DNA of 64,000 nt from positions 4,363 to 68,362 of the forward strand of contig CAZHIU010000001.1 of the NCBI GenBank assembly GCA_964532555.1. Reading direction: 5' to 3'. The DNA comes from an uncultured Microbacterium sp. (GTDB taxonomy: Bacteria; Actinomycetota; Actinomycetes; Actinomycetales; Microbacteriaceae). The translations under genes and the position numbers were made by a program. Shown here piece after piece: positions 56,104 to 64,000 of the stretch. Below the pieces are notes generated by a model, which saw only the letters and a list, made by a program, of their open reading frames with translations, made no database searches and was not told the origin of the DNA. Every line of letters starts with the position of its first letter. Within the stretch, counting starts at the first letter, position 1.

Positions 56104-56868
56104 ATGAACCAGCCCCTCGCCGCAGGATCGCTCACGGGAAAGGTCGCTCTCGTCACCGGTTCCTCACGCGGAATCGGCGCCGACACTGTTCGCTATTTCG
56201 CAGAGGCGGGGGCGGATGTGGTCATCAATTTCCGCAACAAGGCACCCCGGGCTGAGAAGCTCGCCGCCGATCTGCGAGAGGGGGGTAGCCGGGCGCTGGT
56301 TATCGGGGCGGATTTGACCGATCCCGCATCGGTGCAGGCGATGTTCGACGCCGTGGCCGCCGAGTACGGCCACCTCGACATCCTGGTGCTCAACGCTTCG
56401 GGCGGCATGGAGTCGGGTATGGCTTCTGACTATGCCCTCGCGCTCAATCGTGACGCCCAGGTGGACGTGCTCGAGAGCGCGCTCCCGCTCATGGCTGAGG
56501 GGTCACGGGTGGTGTTCGTCACCAGCCACCAGGCGCACTTCATCAGAACGACCCCCACGATGCCCGAGTACGAGGCGGTGGCGACCTCGAAGCGTGCCGG
56601 TGAGGACGCGCTCAGGGAGCGCATCCCGAGCCTTGAGGCCCAGGGGATCGGCTTCACCGTCGTCTCGGGCGACATGATCGAGGGCACCATCACCGCGACG
56701 CTTCTGGAACGAGCCAACCCGGAGGCGATCGCCGGGCGTCGTGAGTCGGCCGGGAAACTCTACAACGTCTCGGAGTTTGCCGCCGAGGTCGCCCAAGCCG
56801 CCGTCGATCCGGTTCCCGCCGACAACACGCGCCTTGTGGGGGACACCAGCGACTTCGTGACCGAGTGA
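56104..56868 (+). CDS. SDR oxidoreductase (FabL-like Y-x6-K)
   Basis: TGSSRGIG, LNASGG, YEAVATSK. Confidence 0.8.
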   Translation: MNQPLAAGSLTGKVALVTGSSRGIGADTVRYFAEAGADVVINFRNKAPRAEKLAADLREGGSRALVIGADLTDPASVQAMFDAVAAEYGHLDILVLNASGGMESGMASDYALALNRDAQVDVLESALPLMAEGSRVVFVTSHQAHFIRTTPTMPEYEAVATSKRAGEDALRERIPSLEAQGIGFTVVSGDMIEGTITATLLERANPEAIAGRRESAGKLYNVSEFAAEVAQAAVDPVPADNTRLVGDTSDFVTE

Positions 56869-58841
56869 CGATGCGCGCCGAGGACATCGAAAAGCTCATT
56901 GCCGTCGGGCGGCCCACGATCTCGCGCGACGGCAGCTTCGCCGTCTTTGCCACATCGAAGCCGTCGATCCGCGCCAACCGTGCGGTGGGGCGGCTCTATC
57001 GCACCGAGCTGGCCACGCGCACGACGCGTCCCTTCACCCGGGGAATCGCCGATACAGCCCCGCAGATATCACCGGATGATGCGATGGTGGCCTTCCTGCG
57101 GGCCGATGCGAAAAAGCGCGCACAGCTCTGGGTCGTGGAAGCATCCGGTGGCGAACCCGTGCAAGTCACCGATATGCCTCTCGGGGTGAGCGCTTTCGCG
57201 TGGTCGCCCGATTCCCGGCGACTGGCTTTCGTCGCCGCACAGCCCGAACGAGGGCGCTATGGCACGGTCGAGGGACTGGATCCCGCGGCAGAATCTCCCC
57301 GGCACATCACCGGTCTTCGCTGGCACGCGAACGGTGTCGGGTGGACGGAGGACCGGCCATCACAGTTGTTCCTTAGCGACGTCCCCGATCTCGCGGCAGA
57401 GCCGCTGGTCGATCCGGCGCCGACTGCGGGCGATGTGCCCGCGGCCATCGATGCCGTAGGCGCTGAAGCACGGCAACTCACCCACGGCACACGGTCTTTC
57501 TCCGGCGTCGTGTTCACCTCTTCTGGTGAGGAGGTGCTGTCGGTGGCGAGCGAGGCGAGTTCGAACGAGCGTGATCTCAGCACGGCGATCCTGGCGGTGC
57601 GCATCGAGGACGCGACCGTGCGCGACGTCGTCGCGCGGTCCGCGAAACTGGCTATCGGGGATGTCGCCGTCGCCGCCGACGGGATGATTGCCTTCACCGC
57701 TGCCGAGGTGGGAGAAGCCGGAGCCGACTTCGTCGCCGCGAATTACTCGCTCTGGATCGTTGATGGGCAGCGGCTCACCGATCCCGAGACCATCGACCTC
57801 GGAGAGGTGGGCAGTCACATCACTGCTCTGGCCGAGGACTTCCTCGTGCAGAACCGCACGCGCGGGCGCGTGAGCCTTCTGCGGGTCACGCGCGCTGGAG
57901 CCGTGAGCGAGGTGCTTGCTGGTGACATCGAAGTCACCGGGCACGCCGCGTCCCGTGGAGGAAGCATCGTGGCATCGGCGGCGGGAGAGACCTTCTTCGG
58001 CGAACTCGTGGATGAGCACGGCGCGGCATATACCGATTTCAGTTCGGCACTACGGGACACGGGCCTGGTGACCCCCCGCGAAATGGTCATCCAAGGCCGC
58101 GATGGCTACCCGATCCACGGCTGGGTTGCCACGCCCGAGGGAGAGGGGCCTTTTCCGGTCATCCTGCAGATCCACGGCGGCCCCTACGCGCAGTACGCGA
58201 TTCATCCCTTCGATGAGACACAGGTGCTGGTGGATGCGGGCTACGCGGTCGTCTACAGCAACCCTCGCGGATCGGCCGGTTACGGCAGCGCACACGGGCG
58301 CAGCATCCGTCAGGCGATGGGGACCCTCGATTATCACGATGTGATCGACTTCTTCGAGGCCGCCCTGAGCGAGGATAGGCGCCTCGATGGCGAGCGGCTC
58401 GGGATCATGGGTGGTTCCTACGGCGGTTACCTCACCGCGTGGATCATCGCGCACGATCACCGTTTTTCCGGCGCGATCGTGGAACGAGGGTTCCTCGACC
58501 CGATCTCCTTCCAGGGCACGAGCGATATCGGGTCTTTCTTCGGTGATGAGTATGTCGGCACGAGCACAGAAGACATCGCGCGGCAAAGCCCGATGGCCGT
58601 CGTGGGCGCGGTGACGACGCCGACGCTGGTCCTGCACTCAGAGCAGGACTACCGTTGCCCGCTGGAGCAGGCGACGCGATACTACAGCGCTCTGAAACGC
58701 CAGGGGACGGAAGCGGAGATGCTGATCTTTCCTGGCGAGAACCACGAACTGACCCGCAGCGGTCAACCCCGCCACCGCATGGAGCGATTCGCTGCCGTGC
58801 TTGACTGGTGGGAGCGCACGATTCCGCCCGCCGGGGCCTGA
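56865..58841 (+). CDS. S9 family peptidase
   Basis: Beta-propeller repeats; IHGGP, GGSYGG, DYRC, ENH catalytic triad. Confidence 0.9.
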   Translation: MTMRAEDIEKLIAVGRPTISRDGSFAVFATSKPSIRANRAVGRLYRTELATRTTRPFTRGIADTAPQISPDDAMVAFLRADAKKRAQLWVVEASGGEPVQVTDMPLGVSAFAWSPDSRRLAFVAAQPERGRYGTVEGLDPAAESPRHITGLRWHANGVGWTEDRPSQLFLSDVPDLAAEPLVDPAPTAGDVPAAIDAVGAEARQLTHGTRSFSGVVFTSSGEEVLSVASEASSNERDLSTAILAVRIEDATVRDVVARSAKLAIGDVAVAADGMIAFTAAEVGEAGADFVAANYSLWIVDGQRLTDPETIDLGEVGSHITALAEDFLVQNRTRGRVSLLRVTRAGAVSEVLAGDIEVTGHAASRGGSIVASAAGETFFGELVDEHGAAYTDFSSALRDTGLVTPREMVIQGRDGYPIHGWVATPEGEGPFPVILQIHGGPYAQYAIHPFDETQVLVDAGYAVVYSNPRGSAGYGSAHGRSIRQAMGTLDYHDVIDFFEAALSEDRRLDGERLGIMGGSYGGYLTAWIIAHDHRFSGAIVERGFLDPISFQGTSDIGSFFGDEYVGTSTEDIARQSPMAVVGAVTTPTLVLHSEQDYRCPLEQATRYYSALKRQGTEAEMLIFPGENHELTRSGQPRHRMERFAAVLDWWERTIPPAGA

Positions 58842-58877
58842 GACGAGTGACTCATCCCAGGCCCCGCGAGGCGTGGA

Positions 58878-59495
58878 CTACTCGCCGACAGCTTCCTTGA
58901 TGGCCGCGGCCCCGCCCTTGGCGACCTTGCCGAGAGTGATCGCGCGGGCGATCTGGGTCACACCGAGGATGATCAGCGAGATCCCGAAGATCAGCCACAG
59001 CACGAGCGCGCCGCCAAAGACGCTTTCGCCCAGGAACGGCCACAGCAGAAGCACAATACCGCCGAGGATGCTCAGGAAAGCGTAGAGGCGCGTCCAGCCC
59101 TTCGATGGGGCGTCCCCGATGAGCGAGAGCGCGACGATGCCATCGAAGATCCACGTGATACCGACCACGATGCTGAGGAATACGGCGATCACGATCGCCG
59201 TCGTGTTGAGGTTCACGAAGACGATCACGCCCGCGGCGATGTAGAGAACGCCGAGCGCGAGATGGCCGAGACGCGCCCAGCCGCCCTTGCCTTTCGAAAA
59301 AAGACCAAGGCCCAGGTACACAAGACCGGCGACGACGAGGTAGGCACCGATGATGCCCCCGAACATCAGCGCGGCGGTGCGCTCGGGCCAGATGAGAATG
59401 ACGACACCCGCGACCACGGCGAGGACACCGACGATCGCGAGGGTGATGCGGACAGCCTTGAGGAGCTGGCGCGCCTCGCTGAGAGTTTCGGACAT
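58878..59495 (-). CDS. HdeD/DUF308 family membrane protein
   Basis: Repeated G..ilxwP hairpins, ~6 TM. Confidence 0.8.
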   Translation of the reverse strand: MSETLSEARQLLKAVRITLAIVGVLAVVAGVVILIWPERTAALMFGGIIGAYLVVAGLVYLGLGLFSKGKGGWARLGHLALGVLYIAAGVIVFVNLNTTAIVIAVFLSIVVGITWIFDGIVALSLIGDAPSKGWTRLYAFLSILGGIVLLLWPFLGESVFGGALVLWLIFGISLIILGVTQIARAITLGKVAKGGAAAIKEAVGE

Positions 59496-59627
59496 GAAAA
59501 GCCTTTCTCGGAAGAACAACGGATGGGTGTTTTCAGGCTAACGCTGAACGTGCCCGCTCGCGCGACTATTTCGATGCGGGGCTCGCATGCCTTGGCGTGG
59601 GACGCACCCGGATGGCATGATCGAGGC

Positions 59628-62000
59628 GTGCCCCCATCCACTGCCGCCCCCGCCGCGCACCCCGCTGACCACCACGACGTCATTCGAGTGCGCGGCGCGC
59701 GCGAGAACAATCTGCGCGAGGTGGATGTCGACATCCCGAAGCGCCGGCTCACGGTCTTTACCGGTGTTTCGGGCTCTGGCAAGAGCTCTCTTGTCTTTGA
59801 CACGATCGCGGCAGAGTCCCGCCGACTCATCGATGAGACCTACAGCGCCTTCGTGCAGGGTTTCATGCCACAGGTTCCGCGGCCCGATGTGGATGTGCTT
59901 GCGGGCCTGACGACGGCGATTCTCGTTGACCAGGAGCGCCTCGGGGCAAACCCGCGCTCGACCGTGGGCACGGTGACCGATGCCAACGCGATGCTCCGCA
60001 TCCTCTTTTCGAAACTGGGGGAGCCGTACATCGGCGGGCCGACCGCCTTCTCCTTCAACATCCCCACACAGAAAGTGGGCGGGGTCTCGGTCTCTGCCAC
60101 CGGTGAGAAGAAGATCGTCAAGGATGTGGTCTACCTCGGCGGCATGTGCCCGCGCTGCGAGGGGAGAGGCACGGTCTCGGACATCGACCTCAGCAAGGTG
60201 GTGGATGAGTCACTGTCGCTCAATGAGGGCGCGATCCTCGTGCCCGGATACACGGCGGATGGATGGATGGTCAAGGGCTTCTCTGAGTCAGGTCTTTACC
60301 CCGCCGACAAGCCGATCCGGGACTTCACCGAGAAGCAACGGCACCTTTTCCTTTACGGCGAAGTCACAAAGGTCAAAATCAGCGGGATCAACATGACCTA
60401 CGAGGGCCTGATCCCGAAGATCACGAAGTCGATGCTTGCCAAAGACCTGGACGCGCTGCAACCGCATATCCGGCGCTTTGTCGAATCGGCCGCGACCTTC
60501 ACCATCTGTCCTGAGTGCGAGGGAACCCGTCTGACCGCGGGGGCGCTTTCCTCGAGGATCGACGGCGTCAACATCGCCGATCTGTGCCGGATGCAGGTGA
60601 CCGATCTTGCGAGCTGGGTGCGGGAGCTCACCCGGCCTGAGGCGGGGCCTTTGCTGGCCGCCCTCAGCGCCAATCTCGACGCCTTCGTCACGCTGGGGCT
60701 TGGCTATTTGAGTCTGGATCGTCCCTCCGGAACACTCAGCGGGGGAGAGGCGCAGCGCATCAAGATGCTGCGGCACCTGGGCTCCTCGCTGACCGATGTC
60801 ACCTACGTCTTTGACGAGCCGACCATTGGATTGCATCCGCACGATATTCAGCGGATGAACGAGTTGCTCTTGCAACTGCGGGACAAAGGCAACACGGTGC
60901 TTGTCGTCGAGCACAAACCCGAGACCATCGTCATCGCCGATCACGTGGTCGATCTCGGTCCCGGCGCGGGGCACAACGGCGGCACGATCTGCTTTGAAGG
61001 ATCGGTGAAGGATCTGCGCACGAGCGACACCACGACCGGACGGCATTTCGACGACCGGGCTGAGGTGAAACCCGAACTGCGCTCGGCGCGCGGTGTCTTG
61101 GAGGTGCGCGGTGCGAACGCGAACAATCTGCAGAATGTGGATGTCGACATTCCGCTCGGCGTTCTGACCGTCGTGACCGGGGTTGCCGGTTCGGGTAAGA
61201 GTTCTCTGGTGCACGGCTCGATCGCTTCGCGCGAGGGGGTCGCCACCGTCGACCAGGGCGCAATCAAAGGCTCGCGTCGCAGCAACCCGGCGACCTACAC
61301 CGGGATGCTGGAGCCAATTCGCAAGGCCTTCGCAAAGGCTAACAACGTCAAGCCTGCGCTGTTCAGCGCGAACTCCGAAGGCGGTTGCCCTTCGTGCAAG
61401 GGCTCGGGGGTCATCGTCACCGAGTTGGGCTTCATGGACACTGTCGAGACCCCCTGTGAGGACTGCGGCGGAAAGAGATTCCAGGCTGGCGTGCTCGAGT
61501 ACACCCTTGAGGGGCGAAACATCGTCGAGGTCTTTGAGATGCCGGTCTCTGAGGCTCTGGAGTTCTTCTCGCAGGGGGATGCCAGAATCCCCCTCGTGGT
61601 CACGATGCTCCGAAGGCTGGCCGATGTCGGCCTCGGGTACCTGACTCTCGGCCAGCCCCTCTCGACGCTGTCCGGGGGAGAGCGTCAGCGAGTCAAGCTC
61701 GCGATCCAGATGGGCGAGGACGCCGACATCTACGTCCTGGATGAGCCGACGACGGGACTTCACCTCGCTGATGTGGAGAATCTTCTTCGGCTTCTGGATC
61801 GCCTGGTGGACGATGGCAAGACCGTCATCGTCATCGAGCACCACCAAGCGGTGATGGCGCATGCGGACTGGATCATCGACCTCGGCCCGGGCGCGGGACA
61901 CGACGGTGGCCGGGTCGTCTTCGAAGGCACACCCGCCGAGCTTGTGGCTGGGCGCTCGACCGTGACGGGGGAGCATCTGGCCGCGTACGTCGCGAAGTGA
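59628..62000 (+). CDS. UvrA-like ABC ATPase (class 2/DrrC-like)
   Basis: GARENNL, GVSGSGKS, CxxC zinc modules, two LSGGE; short form; probable leaderless GTG at 59628. Confidence 0.88.
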   Translation: MPPSTAAPAAHPADHHDVIRVRGARENNLREVDVDIPKRRLTVFTGVSGSGKSSLVFDTIAAESRRLIDETYSAFVQGFMPQVPRPDVDVLAGLTTAILVDQERLGANPRSTVGTVTDANAMLRILFSKLGEPYIGGPTAFSFNIPTQKVGGVSVSATGEKKIVKDVVYLGGMCPRCEGRGTVSDIDLSKVVDESLSLNEGAILVPGYTADGWMVKGFSESGLYPADKPIRDFTEKQRHLFLYGEVTKVKISGINMTYEGLIPKITKSMLAKDLDALQPHIRRFVESAATFTICPECEGTRLTAGALSSRIDGVNIADLCRMQVTDLASWVRELTRPEAGPLLAALSANLDAFVTLGLGYLSLDRPSGTLSGGEAQRIKMLRHLGSSLTDVTYVFDEPTIGLHPHDIQRMNELLLQLRDKGNTVLVVEHKPETIVIADHVVDLGPGAGHNGGTICFEGSVKDLRTSDTTTGRHFDDRAEVKPELRSARGVLEVRGANANNLQNVDVDIPLGVLTVVTGVAGSGKSSLVHGSIASREGVATVDQGAIKGSRRSNPATYTGMLEPIRKAFAKANNVKPALFSANSEGGCPSCKGSGVIVTELGFMDTVETPCEDCGGKRFQAGVLEYTLEGRNIVEVFEMPVSEALEFFSQGDARIPLVVTMLRRLADVGLGYLTLGQPLSTLSGGERQRVKLAIQMGEDADIYVLDEPTTGLHLADVENLLRLLDRLVDDGKTVIVIEHHQAVMAHADWIIDLGPGAGHDGGRVVFEGTPAELVAGRSTVTGEHLAAYVAK

Positions 62001-62029
62001 TCCTCACGGCGATTGGCTAGGCTGGCCAC

Positions 62030-62443
62030 ATGGGAACGTATACCGTGACAGAGCTTGGACCGATGTCCTCATGGGATGCGCTGGAAGGTGCCGCTCCGGG
62101 CAAGAAGTTCGTTGAGGGTGATCTTGGCAGTCAGTACATGGGTCTTTCGGTCAATGCGACCCAGCCTGGCGCATCCTCGCCCTTCTGGCATGCGCACTCG
62201 AAACTCGAAGAGATCTATGTCTTTCTCGAGGGATCGGGTGAATTGGCCGTAGACGACGACACCGTCCCGGTCGGGGCGGGAACCATCGTGCGGGTCGGCC
62301 AGGGCGTGTGGCACGGACTGCGCTGTCTGCCCGATAGCCCCGTCGCCTTGAAGTGGCTCTGTTTCCGCGCCGGTGACGGTGAACTCGCCGCCATAGGCCG
62401 TGACGCCGAACTTGACCGTGAGCGCCCGTGGCCCTGGGCCTGA
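62030..62443 (+). CDS. Cupin domain protein
   Basis: HAH...EEIY...G.G and GVWH motifs. Confidence 0.85.
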   Translation: MGTYTVTELGPMSSWDALEGAAPGKKFVEGDLGSQYMGLSVNATQPGASSPFWHAHSKLEEIYVFLEGSGELAVDDDTVPVGAGTIVRVGQGVWHGLRCLPDSPVALKWLCFRAGDGELAAIGRDAELDRERPWPWA

Positions 62444-62476
62444 GCTGCGCGGTGCCGACTCCTCAGCCCTTCCGCA

Positions 62477-62504
62477 ATATCGGATAATGTACATTATGTC
62501 AGTT
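62477..62504. other. Probable chromosomal dif site (XerC/XerD)
   Basis: ATATCGGATAA-TGTACA-TTATGTCAGTT: 11-6-11 layout with ATAA/TTATGT inner cores, intergenic. Confidence 0.75.
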
Positions 62505-62569
62505 CGTCGGAAGCGGCCCACCACGCACTAGCGTGAGAACCCTCACCCGCGTCACCATCGGAGTCATCC

Positions 62570-62866
62570 TTGCCAGAAACACTCGCCGTCGTCACGACGG
62601 TCTGGGGCCTCATCATGGCGCTCGCGCCGCTGCTGCAGATCCGCGTCATCATCAAGAACCGAGACGCCAGCGGCATCTCCGTGACCTGGTTGTTCATCAT
62701 GTTGATCGGCTTCGGCCTGTGGATGAGCTACGGCATCGTCAATGCGCAACTCCCCCTCGTGATCGCCAATATCGTGGCGGCGATCGTCGCCGTCGGCTTG
62801 CTCATCGTCGTGGGTGTGTACCGTCGCCGGAACATCGCTTCACCCGCGCCGCTCGAGCAGCCGTAA
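62570..62866 (+). CDS. SemiSWEET/PQ-loop family transporter
   Basis: 3 TM, LQI...RDASGIS...W.SYG...P.VIAN pattern; TTG start. Confidence 0.78.
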   Translation: MPETLAVVTTVWGLIMALAPLLQIRVIIKNRDASGISVTWLFIMLIGFGLWMSYGIVNAQLPLVIANIVAAIVAVGLLIVVGVYRRRNIASPAPLEQP

Positions 62867-62927
62867 CGAGCGGTCACGCGCGCGTTTTCTTCTGGGTTGG
62901 CGAGGCTCTGCACGGTAGCGTTGAGTC

Positions 62928-64000
62928 GTGCGCCCGGCATCCGCTCCCCCCACACCCGGCGCACAAGCATGGATCATCTGGTGCGTGGGACTGTGCGCCT
63001 ACATCACCGCGGTGATCAACCGCACGTCCCTGAGTGCCGTCGGCGTCGACGCAGCCGAGAGATTCGCCGTCGACGCCTCGATCCTGGCACTGTTCGCGGT
63101 CATCCAGCTCGCCGTCTACGGCGGGATGCAAGTGCCGATTGGTCTCCTGCTTGATCGCTTCGGCGCACGACCGATCATGGTGATCGGCATGCTCGTCATG
63201 GCCACCGGGCAGTTCGCGATGGCGTTCTCCACAAGCATCGGTATCGCTCTGGCGGCACGCGTGCTTCTCGGTGCCGGCGACGCGGCCATCTTCCCTGGCC
63301 TTGTGCGCTTGATCGCCCTGTGGTTTCCTGCCCAGCGCGCACCCGTGCTCACCCAGGTCACCGGGATGGTGGGCCAGAGTGGACAGTTGCTCGCACTCGT
63401 GCCGCTCGCCGCCTTGCTGCACGCGACGAGCTGGTCGGTGGCTTTCGGCTCGATCACCGGCATCTGCGTGTTCTTCGGCATTCTGGTGTGGCTCGTCATC
63501 CGTAACCGCCCCGCCGAACTCACCGCCAACATCACGGTGGACACGCAGACGGGGGTCATTCGCGTCGTGACCTCAGCCATCGACACCCGAGTAGGCATCA
63601 GAGCGGCGTGGGCGCATCCCGGCACGCGGCTGGCCTTCTGGTCGCACTTCACGACCTTCTTTCTCGGGATGTCCTTCGCGCTGCTGTGGGGCATGCCGTT
63701 TCTCACCGCGGGCGTGGGGCTGAGCATGGCCGAGGCGGGCGCACTGCTGACGCTCCTGGTGCTCACCGGCATCCTTTTCAGTCCCATACTCGGCGAGCTC
63801 TCCCGGCGATTTCCGACGCAGCGCTCTCTCGTGATCGTGCTGCCGGTCGTGATCGTGCAGGTGATCGCGTGGCTTGCCGTGATGCTCTGGCAAGGCGCTC
63901 CCCCGCTGTGGCTTCTGGTGCTGCTCATGACCGCCCTCGGAACCGGCGGGCCAGCGTCGATGATCGCCTTCGATCACGCGCGCACCTACAACCCGGCGCA
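62928..64000 (+). CDS. MFS transporter, 5' part (runs off window)
   Basis: GTG at 62928 opens ...AWIIWCVGLCAYITAVINRTSL...QVPIGLLLDRFG; TAGCGT -10 6 nt upstream. Confidence 0.85.
   Translation, partial: MRPASAPPTPGAQAWIIWCVGLCAYITAVINRTSLSAVGVDAAERFAVDASILALFAVIQLAVYGGMQVPIGLLLDRFGARPIMVIGMLVMATGQFAMAFSTSIGIALAARVLLGAGDAAIFPGLVRLIALWFPAQRAPVLTQVTGMVGQSGQLLALVPLAALLHATSWSVAFGSITGICVFFGILVWLVIRNRPAELTANITVDTQTGVIRVVTSAIDTRVGIRAAWAHPGTRLAFWSHFTTFFLGMSFALLWGMPFLTAGVGLSMAEAGALLTLLVLTGILFSPILGELSRRFPTQRSLVIVLPVVIVQVIAWLAVMLWQGAPPLWLLVLLMTALGTGGPASMIAFDHARTYNPA

Noticed and set aside
60288-61976. Long antisense ORFs (also 14628-15836, 26355-27539, 28220-29914, 44193-45674)
   Set aside because: Shadow frames of well-supported genes, expected in high-GC DNA, with no motifs

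Overview
High-GC actinobacterial chromosome, most likely Microbacteriaceae (Microbacterium-like; inferred from gene order and protein families). It probably lies at the replication terminus, since a dif-like site sits at 62477-62504. The backbone is housekeeping: fabG, rpmE2, a DnaQ-like exonuclease, bkdABC, a leucine-catabolism cluster, tRNA-Leu(GAG), uppP, trmI, pafBC, tatAC, helY, lnt, rbpA and a UvrA-like ATPase. Three accessory blocks interrupt it. Two are related MacAB-like ABC exporter/lipoprotein loci (6.36-11.24 kb and 18.27-24.13 kb). They share three copies of one promoter motif (TGCAAGG-N17-CGTYTA), the second locus encodes an ECF sigma/anti-sigma pair, and several genes are preceded by tiny translationally coupled ORFs, one clearly a collapsed copy of a secreted-protein gene. 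The third block is an ~8.2 kb island in tRNA-Leu with a truncated tyrosine integrase. It carries nhaA and ktrB/ktrA on divergent transcripts that each appear to begin with the same short structured motif, a candidate cation-responsive riboswitch. All calls come from reading the sequence by eye; no searches were run.
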